A stretch of 55,267 nt of DNA from Candidatus Parcubacteria bacterium (GTDB lineage: Bacteria > Patescibacteriota > Minisyncoccia > Phycocordibacterales > UBA918), in the NCBI GenBank assembly GCA_021767645.1, contig JAASSY010000002.1:1-55267 (forward strand), in the 5' to 3' direction. Every line of letters begins with the position of its first letter. The first letter of the stretch is position 1. The notes beneath the pieces were generated by a model. The model worked only from the letters and a program-made list of their open reading frames with translations. It was not told the origin of the DNA and ran no database searches. This document shows positions 1 through 7,904 of this stretch, piece by piece. The translations under genes and the position numbers were made by a program.

Positions 1-32
1 ACAAGAAAAGGAGCAATATTATATCGCTCCTT

Positions 33-317
33 TTATGGACACCCATAATTGAATGCCTCATCTGGCCAAAACTCACCAGTCTCCAGCCACTGGTCAATCC
101 AGTCCGCGATCCCATCAAAACGCTTACTACGCGCGCTCTGGTACGTTTCCGATTGAACACCGCCGCAAGTGAGCTGCTGCAGCACCTGAAGCATAGCCGC
201 TTCGTTTGGTATGTGCTGACGCCACACCCCCAATGAAGTATCGACCACACAACCACAAACATTCATACAGGCTTGTTGCAGACATAATTGCCGGCTTTCT
301 TGATCTGAAGTGACCAT
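33..317 (-). CDS. hypothetical Cys-rich small protein (94 aa)
   Basis: Shortened from track ORF 33..374. The ATG at 317 lies 1 nt after the TGA (319-321) of the upstream ORF, a coupled stop/start junction. No family recognised. Confidence 0.35.
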   Translation of the reverse strand: MVTSDQESRQLCLQQACMNVCGCVVDTSLGVWRQHIPNEAAMLQVLQQLTCGGVQSETYQSARSKRFDGIADWIDQWLETGEFWPDEAFNYGCP

Positions 318-318
318 A

Positions 319-621
319 TCAAGCCCTGACGCTCTGGTCGTGCAGTTTCGCCGCTGCGAGGGCAGCTGTGACACTCATCATTGGTTTGCGACCACCATCG
401 TGCCACAGCAATAGCTTGATAAACTCGTACTGAGCTGAGTCATGCAGCGCAAATACCTCCTCACACACATCATCGGCAAGATCAGGGTACGCCGCCCGAT
501 ACGCCGCAAAATTGGCTGTACGATCATCAGCGGCAGCCGCTAACCAACGCTGGTGTGGGTGGCTTTTATCACGTGGATCATCCCAGACTTGCACGGTAAA
601 TGTAAAAGAACTTCCGTCCAT
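319..621 (-). CDS. hypothetical protein (100 aa)
   Basis: Track ORF. Strong Shine-Dalgarno AAGGAGGAGG (complement of 625-634) just upstream of the ATG at 621. No family recognised. Confidence 0.5.
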   Translation of the reverse strand: MDGSSFTFTVQVWDDPRDKSHPHQRWLAAAADDRTANFAAYRAAYPDLADDVCEEVFALHDSAQYEFIKLLLWHDGGRKPMMSVTAALAAAKLHDQSVRA

Positions 622-781
622 CGCCTCCTCCTTGGTGGACGTGTTGTAGCTGCTTCTACAACTACACCGGTGTATCGAGACCGATACAGTTTACCCGGAA
701 TAGAGACTCGTCACTTACGTGACCAATTCCTATTTCGGGTGGCGACGGTTCAACCGTCGCCACGCAATCTCTCAACCAACC

Positions 782-952
782 TCAATCGTCGTAGCAGTCA
801 CCTGGTCGACCTTGTGTCTGGAACCCAGGTAAACGAACGTGATCCGCGTCTTGCAACTGCCCGCGCGAAGCCTGTAGCCGAGATAGATCTGTGGGCTCTT
901 CAACTGCAGGCGTGCGCGAACTCGGGTAAGGTTGAGGTTTTTTTTCAGACAT
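782..952 (-). CDS. hypothetical small protein (56 aa, MSEKKPQPYPSS...)
   Basis: Below the track length cut-off. ATG at 952 is preceded by an AGGAGGGA SD. TGA at 782-784, followed on the minus strand by a 10-bp GC hairpin (GTGGCGACGG/CCGTCGCCAC). Confidence 0.3.
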   Translation of the reverse strand: MSEKKPQPYPSSRTPAVEEPTDLSRLQASRGQLQDADHVRLPGFQTQGRPGDCYDD

Positions 953-1368
953 AGATTGTCCCTCCTGATTTGAACTGTGCCTCCCCGTCGAACTGTTCGA
1001 CAGGCGCTATTCCGACCCCTGCCTCAGAGGCCGGAGGGAACGATGCACTACATCACTCTACCGACACCCGAGAACGAAAGCGGCCCGCTCTTGTATGAGC
1101 GGGCCGCTGAGTGGAAACGTTTTTCTGCGCTACACACCAACCGGCCCGCTGAAGAGAGCGAGCACCAGGAGGATTACCACGAGGATCGACTGGTCAGTCT
1201 GTGGTGCAGCTAAGGTTGCTGTATATGCGCTTGTCATACTTTGAATATACACCTCTCAGTTTCCTTGTCAAACTAACACCCTGTGTGTTTGTTGACAAGT
1301 GAATGATGGTTGCTACAGTAGCCTGCGTCGCAGATGTAGAGCGACAATACCAGAAAAGTGAGGAACCA

Positions 1369-1569
1369 ATGCCAGACAAATCCTACACCTTCCCGCAATC
1401 TGCAGTCGAAGTCATCACCAAGGAAGATGGCACCCAACTGCACTTCACCCGTTCACAAATCCCACCGTACCCAGATCGCAGAAACAATGCGAACCTGAAG
1501 GCACAAAGTCCGACAGTCTCCAGCGGCGGAGGTGTTGTTGGCACAGACTCCACTGTCTGGCGGGATTAA
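1369..1569 (+). CDS. hypothetical small protein (66 aa)
   Basis: Internal ATG of track ORF 1303..1569, preceded by a GAGGA SD. TTGACA-like -35 at about 1292. Followed directly by an intrinsic terminator. Confidence 0.35.
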   Translation: MPDKSYTFPQSAVEVITKEDGTQLHFTRSQIPPYPDRRNNANLKAQSPTVSSGGGVVGTDSTVWRD

Positions 1570-1574
1570 GCCCA

Positions 1575-1608
1575 ACGGCCAGCACGTAACAGTGCTGGCC
1601 GTCTTTTT
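1575..1608 (+). terminator. rho-independent terminator
   Basis: 11-bp stem ACGGCCAGCAC/GTGCTGGCCGT with a 6-nt loop, followed by CTTTTT. Confidence 0.6.
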
Positions 1609-1780
1609 ACTAGTCAGTCCAGAACGTCCCGTCCCGTTAGGGCGGGGATGAATGGACGTACTACATAGCTTGGCGGAGCCAAAACCTTAGCTAGTAAAAA
1701 CACTCTGATTCCGCCAGCGTAAGGCCCCGTGGCATTAGCCCAGGGATAGTTAGGCGGATGTTTTTACTAAAAAACTTGTT

Positions 1781-3355
1781 CTACATTTCGTTATCTGTTG
1801 TTGACTCACTACTGGTTGACACCGTTTCTGCCGGTAGCTCAGATACTGGCGTCGTGGTTGCAGCCGATGCACTTGAAGTAGTAGCAGCTTGGTTTTGTGT
1901 AGTGGTAGAGTTCTCTTCACTGTCTGCTACCAGCTCTGGCAAATCGGCAGTTTCGGTACGTAGCATGGCTGCCACATCAGTCTGTATTGCATCCAACTCA
2001 GCTAGTGCTGCTTCTGCTTGCAATAACTCGCCGGCTGCTATATCGGTCTCGACGCGCTCAAGCAAACCAGCTAAGGCTTCCATACCAACCACCAGTTTTT
2101 CGTTATTGGTCACCTGATCACGTACCGCTTTGTAGGTAGCTAGCGTTTCTTGCGCCCGAGCCACCGACTCCTTAATCAGTGAATTACGTTCGTCGTCAGT
2201 GAGTGTCATCGGTACGAGCTCATCAACCGTGACTGACTCTCGGACATCGATATTGGTCATAAAGCTAATCAGCTTTCGCACATCAACTAGCGCAGCCCGA
2301 AGCAGTGTGGCTGCTTCACTGTCGAGATCACTGGCACTGATGTCTTCAACCGCTGACACAACGGTACCTGAAGAATGGGTGGTTGTACCAACTGCAGTGC
2401 TCGATGCATTCGTCAGGTCGCTACTAGTGGTACCGTTACCTGTAGTGAGATGAGCAGGCTCAGCAACGTCGCTCTCCGCCGTTTGTACATGACGTCCTTC
2501 TGCTTTCATACCTTGCGCACTAGCCACTTTTCGCGCTACGTCAGCCAATCGACGTTCGATATCAGCCACCTCTTCCGGACTAGCTCCCTCGCGAATTGAA
2601 GCAAATAATTCTTGAGCATTGGTACTTTCAGTCTCTAATCGTGCCAACAACTTTTCGTACGATGGCTTAGCTGCTGCCTGCTCTGCTTCTGCGGTCTCAG
2701 ACTCTTTGGCTACCACAGCTGCTAGCACTGAGTCTGTGTCACCACGTTCTTGCTGATCGGCTTCGAGCACTTCATTTTGTACTGCCAAGGTCGAAGCGAG
2801 AGTAATTTCTGCGATTGCCCCCTCATCCGCGTCAGTTGACTTGAGGGCGGCTATTTTTTCTTTGGTCTTCTTCGTCTGCTCTTCAACAGCAGCTGCTACC
2901 TCGGCTTCCATCTCTTTTGTCAACTTCCCTTCACTCGCTAAAAGACGTGCCTCAGCAATTCGACGCTCAATTCGAGACGCTTCCCACTCAATTTCTTCAT
3001 ACGGGGAGCTGGCGAGCTGGCTGCGAATTTCTTCATTAAAACGAACTTTGACCGGATATAACACATCGCCAGGAGCAGTGCGTTCTGCTAAAACTGGCAC
3101 TGCCACCACTACAAAAAGTAGCATAGTAGGCACAAACGCTTTCAAAATTGCAGTATTAATACGAAGTTGGATAAATGACTCCGCTGGAATTCCGGCTGCC
3201 TGTTTTTTTGTTTGCGTTTTTGGCTGTTTCATCGCAGCTGGTAAGGGATGGTATTCAAGATACGTTCCTAAGCGCTCACGCAAATCACGCCGCTCGGCAG
3301 CAGTCATTTTGACCTTAGTGGCCTCTTTATGAAATTGTTCGCTAAAACGCTTCAT
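1781..3355 (-). CDS. putative anti-sigma factor / DUF5667-like single-pass membrane protein
   Basis: Starts 4 nt after the sigma factor stop. Short cytoplasmic N-terminus, one TM (FVPTMLLFVVVAVPVL), then a PGDVLYPVKV..E motif typical of DUF5667 and a long Ala/Glu-rich coiled region with a Ser/Thr-rich tail. Confidence 0.6.
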   Translation of the reverse strand: MKRFSEQFHKEATKVKMTAAERRDLRERLGTYLEYHPLPAAMKQPKTQTKKQAAGIPAESFIQLRINTAILKAFVPTMLLFVVVAVPVLAERTAPGDVLYPVKVRFNEEIRSQLASSPYEEIEWEASRIERRIAEARLLASEGKLTKEMEAEVAAAVEEQTKKTKEKIAALKSTDADEGAIAEITLASTLAVQNEVLEADQQERGDTDSVLAAVVAKESETAEAEQAAAKPSYEKLLARLETESTNAQELFASIREGASPEEVADIERRLADVARKVASAQGMKAEGRHVQTAESDVAEPAHLTTGNGTTSSDLTNASSTAVGTTTHSSGTVVSAVEDISASDLDSEAATLLRAALVDVRKLISFMTNIDVRESVTVDELVPMTLTDDERNSLIKESVARAQETLATYKAVRDQVTNNEKLVVGMEALAGLLERVETDIAAGELLQAEAALAELDAIQTDVAAMLRTETADLPELVADSEENSTTTQNQAATTSSASAATTTPVSELPAETVSTSSESTTDNEM

Positions 3356-3358
3356 ATA

Positions 3359-3955
3359 CTAGTTTTTGGCTTGTTTGCGCCGAGCGCGATTCTCGGCAGC
3401 CGTTGTTTCAGCGGCGTTGAGTTTATCGCGCAAAGCTTGCAAGCCTCGGTGCAAACGAACCGAGACAACATTTTCTGACACTTCAATGAGCTGGCTAATC
3501 TCTTTGGGACCAAGACCATCGACAAATCGCAGCACCACTACCTCTTTATACTGCGGTGGCAACTCTGCCACGAACTGAAAAGCTTTTTTACCATCCAGCG
3601 TCGCTGCCAATGACTCGACGGTACTTTCGGTCAACTCTTCAAAGTTACCTTCATCTACCCCCTCTCCTTCCATTAGTTCATCGAGTGAACGTTCTTTTTT
3701 CTTGCGGTACTCATCGATTATAAGGTTGTTAAGCACCTTGTATAAAAATGGCCGAAAGTTATCAACGGCGTGACCCTGCCGAACGTAACCCCACACCTTA
3801 GCGAAGGTATCATGCACAATGTCAACCGCTCGCTCTCGATCATTGATACGCATAAATGCGTGCCGAAAAAGAGCATCACCGTACTCATCGAAGGCTGTCA
3901 AAAAACGATCTTCGTGGCTCTCACTATTGCTGCCTGTACTTCTACCGGTCGCCAT
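3359..3955 (-). CDS. RNA polymerase sigma-70 family (ECF-type) sigma factor
   Basis: Region 2 (DIVHDTFAKVW..FRPFLYKVLNNLIIDEYRKK) and region 4 HTH (LPPQYKEVVVLRFVDGLGPKEISQLIEVSENVVSVRLHRGLQALR). Confidence 0.85.
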   Translation of the reverse strand: MATGRSTGSNSESHEDRFLTAFDEYGDALFRHAFMRINDRERAVDIVHDTFAKVWGYVRQGHAVDNFRPFLYKVLNNLIIDEYRKKKERSLDELMEGEGVDEGNFEELTESTVESLAATLDGKKAFQFVAELPPQYKEVVVLRFVDGLGPKEISQLIEVSENVVSVRLHRGLQALRDKLNAAETTAAENRARRKQAKN

Positions 3956-3997
3956 GTCAGAACCATTATACTTGAAGACGGACCAGTCCGCATTTTC

Positions 3998-4645
3998 TTA
4001 CCCCAATGTATGTATTATATCGATAAGTTCTGGTAGCTCTTCGACCAAAAAGTGGTTTTTGTCTGCGAAAGTAATCAGCTCTGCCTCAGGTAAAGCCTCT
4101 TTATATTTCAGTGCGTGCTCGTACGGTACAACAAAGTCATCTTTGGAGTGTAGTAATGAAATTTGTTCCACCGATTGATATATATTGTGGAGATTATCTG
4201 GTTTTGGCTCAAAATCACCACCACGTTCTCGACTCAACGCTGAGTTATGAAAATTAGCAAACGGAGCAGCCATCACAATGAGGCTCTTTGCAGTAAACGG
4301 AAGTTTGTTTTCAGACAAATATTTAACTAAAAAATACCCACCCAGCGAACAACCTATCAAAATTGCTCCGTCCGTAAGGTACTCAAAATAGCGTTCAAAC
4401 CAAATTTTCCATTCCTTATATTGAGCATTTTGCTTATTGGGCATCGTCGGCATAAATACTTCATATCCATCACCTAGGTTATCTGAAAATGAACTTGTCC
4501 ACTTCGACTTTTTCTCTGCACCAGGCAAATCACGCAGTGGCTGATCACGTAAATCAGCCAAAAAGTCCTCGTATGCATCGTATGCGCTGCCTCCATGAAT
4601 ATAGAAAACTTGTTGTTTCATATCTATAAATTGTATTAGAGCCAA
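3998..4645 (-). CDS. alpha/beta hydrolase (YdeN/RBBP9-like serine hydrolase)
   Basis: GxSxG nucleophile elbow (GCSLGG), later Asp and His (DKNHF), about 215 aa. Start overlaps the corA stop. Confidence 0.65.
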   Translation of the reverse strand: MALIQFIDMKQQVFYIHGGSAYDAYEDFLADLRDQPLRDLPGAEKKSKWTSSFSDNLGDGYEVFMPTMPNKQNAQYKEWKIWFERYFEYLTDGAILIGCSLGGYFLVKYLSENKLPFTAKSLIVMAAPFANFHNSALSRERGGDFEPKPDNLHNIYQSVEQISLLHSKDDFVVPYEHALKYKEALPEAELITFADKNHFLVEELPELIDIIHTLG

Positions 4646-5562
4646 TTGTTACGTTTAAAGAGATAAAGAGCGATCCCAACCACCACCAGAATCAGACTCA
4701 CAATCAGCCAGAACATACCGCTTACGGCCTGACCTGGCAGTTCTACGTTCATGCCGTAGAGCGACGCCACAATAGTCGGAATGGTGAGGAGAATCGTCAA
4801 AAGCGTCAACGTTTTAATGGTGGTATTGAGGCTGCTGGTCATAATTGCCTCTGAAGCATTGCGGACGTTTTGGATGGTAACAAGCAGCTGCCGTGAGGAA
4901 TCAATCAACTGTTTGTTAGCGATGGTCAGGTCTTCCATCATTTCCACATCTTCATTGAAAAGTTGGATGTAATTTCCTTTCATAACCTGATCGAGCCAAG
5001 CATTTGTCGGAACCACCGCAGCAATAATGTCATTAAGTTCGTTTTCGTAGTTCACGAGTCGCTGGATTTCCCGCGGACCAATTCGCCGCAGCTTCACTCG
5101 GTCTCGGTGCACAGCGCGGCGTAAGCGGGTAAGTTCCCGGTCAAAGGAAGTGGTGAGTCGTTCCAACATTGTAATAAATAACTTGGTTTTTTGGGTGGTA
5201 ACAACAGTTTCAGGCTTATCTAGCAAACCACTCAGCTGGGGGACTTCGCGCAGTGCGACCGTGAGCACAAACGACTCCCCAACCGCAATCAACAGCGGTG
5301 CAGTTGTTCCTTCAGCGGCCTGGCCAGCGTCGTACGGATACCGAGTAAAAAAGTAATTCACTCCCCCACTCCGCTCAAACCGCGGTACTTCAAAAAAGTC
5401 CTGAGCGTCTTCAAGGACGGCTTCATCTAAGTTGTAGTCTTGCAGTAGCTGCCCTATCTCCTCTTCACTCGGAGCAGTCACATGCGTCCAAACACCCGTC
5501 CGTGGCGTAGCTAGTTCCTTGAGCTCACTGTCCTGAACGGTTTTAAAGTAGTGTGTAATCAT
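4636..5562 (-). CDS. corA: CorA-family magnesium/cobalt transporter
   Basis: C-terminal two TM helices with the signature YGMNV (GMN) motif. Length and cytoplasmic N-domain are typical. Confidence 0.85.
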   Translation of the reverse strand: MITHYFKTVQDSELKELATPRTGVWTHVTAPSEEEIGQLLQDYNLDEAVLEDAQDFFEVPRFERSGGVNYFFTRYPYDAGQAAEGTTAPLLIAVGESFVLTVALREVPQLSGLLDKPETVVTTQKTKLFITMLERLTTSFDRELTRLRRAVHRDRVKLRRIGPREIQRLVNYENELNDIIAAVVPTNAWLDQVMKGNYIQLFNEDVEMMEDLTIANKQLIDSSRQLLVTIQNVRNASEAIMTSSLNTTIKTLTLLTILLTIPTIVASLYGMNVELPGQAVSGMFWLIVSLILVVVGIALYLFKRNNWL

Positions 5563-5729
5563 CCCTCTAGTTTAGTGCAGGAACGCTAGCGCTGCAATTG
5601 ACAACGTACTCGCATTTTTTTACTAGTGATGGTATGATGTCGCGCGATATCAGTGTGAATCGCTGATTGTAATCGAGAAAGTAGAGTTGCAAGTAAAGCT
5701 TGCCACACTAAACAATGACGATCATTCCT

Positions 5730-5800
5730 CGGGGTGTAGCATAATGGTAGTGTACGCGGTTTGGGACCGTGTGGCCCGGGTTCGATTCCCGGCTCCCCGA
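5730..5800 (+). tRNA. tRNA-Pro (anticodon UGG)
   Basis: Hand-folded cloverleaf: acceptor CGGGGTG/CTCCCCG (one U-U mismatch), anticodon stem CGCGG/CCGTG, loop TTTGGGA (UGG, G37), T-arm CCGGG-TTCGATT-CCCGG, discriminator A. No encoded CCA. Confidence 0.85.
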
Positions 5801-6000
5801 CAAATCAAAAAGGTACCAAACAGAGATTTTTTTATTTGACTTGCTAGCGCGGATACTAGTTAGTTAGCGTAGTCTCATTTTTTGGCCATGTTAAAACATC
5901 CTCAGCGATGAGGGCTATTTCGACAAATGAATTGTTAGCCCTAAACCTAAGTAAAGGGACAACGAACAGCGGTCTGGTGTTTCCCGTGCAACCGTGATGT

Positions 6001-6396
6001 CTACACATTTTCAATCAGATTAACCGTAGCGTATGTTTCACGTGGTACAATTCTCACGCCAATCACATCGATTTGCCAGTTTCCTGTAAAACTTTGTTGC
6101 TGCACCCAAGTTTCGGCTGCCTGGCCTATTTTGTGCAATTTTCGCTGATGCACCTGCTCCTCAGGGCGCCAATACGCACCATTAAGAGCTTGTTCGAGCT
6201 TATTTATTGTTTCATATGAAACTGTTTTCACTTCGACAAAGTGAACCATATTTTCAATCTGGACAATAATATCGATCTCAGCAAAGCCAAGATGACAGTT
6301 GCGCTCCAGAACTTCCCAACCTGCATCAGCCAAAAACCTGGCCGCCACCGCTTCGCCTAATTGACCCGTCGAAATATTGTTAGTTTTGGCACGCAA
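6001..6396 (-). CDS. yraN: YraN-family (UPF0102) endonuclease-like protein
   Basis: GQLGEAVAARFL..GWEVLERNCHLGFAEIDIIV..VHFVEVKT matches the YraN core. Track ORF runs to 6537, but that extension crosses a 21-bp repeat, so a TTG start at 6396 is proposed. The start remains uncertain. Confidence 0.7.
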   Translation of the reverse strand: MRAKTNNISTGQLGEAVAARFLADAGWEVLERNCHLGFAEIDIIVQIENMVHFVEVKTVSYETINKLEQALNGAYWRPEEQVHQRKLHKIGQAAETWVQQQSFTGNWQIDVIGVRIVPRETYATVNLIENV

Positions 6397-6438
6397 TATA
6401 TTAATTTTAACACGCCCGGTTACACATGGAACCAGAAG

Positions 6439-6590
6439 TATATGTTTCACGTGGTACATTTGGTAACTTTGCACTTTACAACTGTATAAACCGCTAAATT
6501 TTTCGTCTTTTACTCTAAAAGACTGTCCTTTATCCACCTATCCCCGGTTTTATCCCCAGTTATACCCAGATGTACCACGTGAAACATATA
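6439..6590. repeat. perfect 21-bp inverted repeat pair TATATGTTTCACGTGGTACAT (6439-6459 / 6570-6590)
   Basis: Exact reverse complements read directly. An 18-bp third copy lies at 6032-6049 inside the yraN 3' end. Confidence 0.9.
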
Positions 6591-6669
6591 TTTAGGTTTC
6601 CCGTGCAACGTTTTGTCAGCTTTCCCTCCAGCTATGCTATAATTACACTCTAGCTAATAATAAAGTACT

Positions 6670-7128
6670 ATGAATCCGCTACAAAAAATCAACGATTGTC
6701 ACATGTCAGAAGATACCGCTAAATTGATACTGCGTTTGACTGTTGGGGTAACTGTGTTCTTGCACGGTTGGTTTAAAGTTATGAACCCAGAAGCGCTCGG
6801 TTTTATCGGTGGACTATTCTCAGCTTGGTCATTACCGGCTTTCTTAGCGTATTTAGTCTACATTGGCGAAATTGTCGCTCCGTTGATGCTTATAGCTGGC
6901 TGGCAAACGAAAATTGCTTCTTCATTAATTGCTATCACGCTGTTTGTAGCGATTTTATTGGCTCATGCAGGTGATGTATTTACCCTTACTGCAACTGGTG
7001 GGTGGGGAATTGAGCTGCAAGCCCTTATGTTATTCGGAGCCGTCTCTCTATTTGGCCTGGGAGCAGGTAAATACAGCGTAGATCACCGGATAAAAGCAAA
7101 CACCGTTACCATTCCTGAGACCATTTAG
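6670..7128 (+). CDS. DoxX-family membrane protein
   Basis: Four TM helices, LILRLTVGVTVFLHGWFKV N-terminal DoxX signature, 152 aa. Confidence 0.8.
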   Translation: MNPLQKINDCHMSEDTAKLILRLTVGVTVFLHGWFKVMNPEALGFIGGLFSAWSLPAFLAYLVYIGEIVAPLMLIAGWQTKIASSLIAITLFVAILLAHAGDVFTLTATGGWGIELQALMLFGAVSLFGLGAGKYSVDHRIKANTVTIPETI

Positions 7129-7145
7129 CTAAAACTCTCTGTTAC

Positions 7146-7180
7146 ACGTAAAACCACCGCCTCAGGCGGTGGTTTTACGT
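7146..7180 (+). terminator. rho-independent terminator after DoxX
   Basis: 16-bp perfect stem ACGTAAAACCACCGCC/GGCGGTGGTTTTACGT with loop TCA. The U-run is part of the stem end. Confidence 0.7.
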
Positions 7181-7238
7181 CATACCAGGTTTCTCGTGGA
7201 ACCTTTGCTATACTCTAGCGTAGGGAATTATCTGAACG

Positions 7239-7506
7239 ATGGCTACAAAAGTTTGCATCCGAAGGCTGTGCGAACGTCTACGAGTGGAGTGACCCCGCTG
7301 GTACCGTTTACCAATCACACTCTCATCAGGGTAAAGTGACGCTATTTGTGACCGATGGATCTATTACATTTAATTTTTCTGGCGTTACACGTGAAATACA
7401 GGCCGGTGAGCGGTTTGAGGTCCCCGTGAGTGAAGAGCATTCGTGGGTTGTAGGGGAGAAAGGCTGGATCGTGGCGGTCGGTGAAGAAATAGAGGGGGAC
7501 GCGTAG
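7239..7506 (+). pseudogene. small cupin-fold protein with apparent 1-nt frameshift in an A4 run
   Basis: Open frame 7219-7506 encodes YEWSDPAGTVYQSHSHQGKVTLFVTDG...GERFEVPVSEEHSW (cupin HxH and P..H motifs) but has no in-frame start. The ATG at 7239 is in another frame and stops after 17 codons. Removing one A from 7247-7250 gives MATKFASEGCANVYEW... Confidence 0.45.
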
Positions 7507-7594
7507 TTTTACGTGGAACTAATTTAAGAAAAAATACACTGACTTCAGCGACAGACACTAGAAAAGCCAGGGAAACCCGGTATTCTAGCACCTG

Positions 7595-7770
7595 TGCGGC
7601 CAGGGAGAATGTCCCCGCGAGTTCTAAGTATTTTGGTTCACTACGTTCCCAAAATACCAAGACTCCTGGACGGCGCCTCGTATCTTCAAGCCATAGGCAA
7701 GGGGCTTGAAGATATACTGCGGCGCTTCGATTCTCCACGAAAGAGCCTCAAGGCTCTTTCTCTGGTCCGC
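7595..7770 (-). ncRNA. candidate structured, tRNA-Gly-linked RNA element (about 176 nt)
   Basis: Minus strand begins GCGGACCA (the tRNA-Gly 5' acceptor GCGGCCA with 1 inserted nt). It contains three strong hairpins, including a 12-bp stem at 7681-7714, and ends in an exact tRNA-Gly 3' end copy. Not assignable to a known RNA family by eye. Confidence 0.3.
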
Positions 7771-7779
7771 AGCAGCATC

Positions 7780-7817
7780 AAAATAACCGCCGTTCCGTAT
7801 GGAACGGCGGTTATTTT
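7780..7817 (-). terminator. palindromic (bidirectional) terminator immediately downstream of tRNA-Gly
   Basis: 17-bp perfect stem AAAATAACCGCCGTTCC/GGAACGGCGGTTATTTT with loop GTAT and A/T runs on both sides. Confidence 0.7.
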
Positions 7818-7822
7818 GGCTG

Positions 7823-7893
7823 TGCGGCCAGGGAGAATCGAACTCCCGACTCGTGCTTGGCAAGCACGCATTATACCACTTAACCATGGCCGC
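7823..7893 (-). tRNA. tRNA-Gly (anticodon GCC)
   Basis: Cloverleaf: acceptor GCGGCCA/TGGCCGC, D-stem GTTA/TAAT, anticodon stem CGTGC/GCACG, loop TTGCCAA, T-arm GGGAG-TTCGATT-CTCCC, discriminator A. No CCA encoded. Confidence 0.9.
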
Positions 7894-7904
7894 GTATGGA
7901 ATTG

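Larger units (their letters stand above)
7592..7838. repeat. 19-bp direct repeat CTGTGCGGCCAGGGAGAAT (7592-7610 and 7820-7838), a copy of the tRNA-Gly 3' end
   Basis: Exact match read directly. The second copy is the T-loop/T-stem/acceptor 3' half of tRNA-Gly plus 3 nt. Confidence 0.9.

Noticed and set aside
553-954. 133-aa plus-strand ORF
   Set aside because: It overlaps two minus-strand ORFs that have strong Shine-Dalgarno sequences, and it spans a hairpin-rich spacer.
1758-3332. Plus-strand ORFs (1758..2117, 2199..2453, 2375..2599, 2841..3332) antisense to the anti-sigma-like gene
   Set aside because: These are mirror-image low-complexity frames (Ser/Ala-rich) of an Ala/Glu-rich coding strand. 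The minus-strand gene has operon context with the sigma factor.
6397-6537. N-terminal 47-codon extension of the yraN track ORF
   Set aside because: The extension has no YraN homology and crosses the 21-bp repeat. Its Met at 6459 is part of the repeat itself, and the mirror copy at 6570 opens a similar MYHVKHI peptide on the other strand, so it is likely fortuitous.
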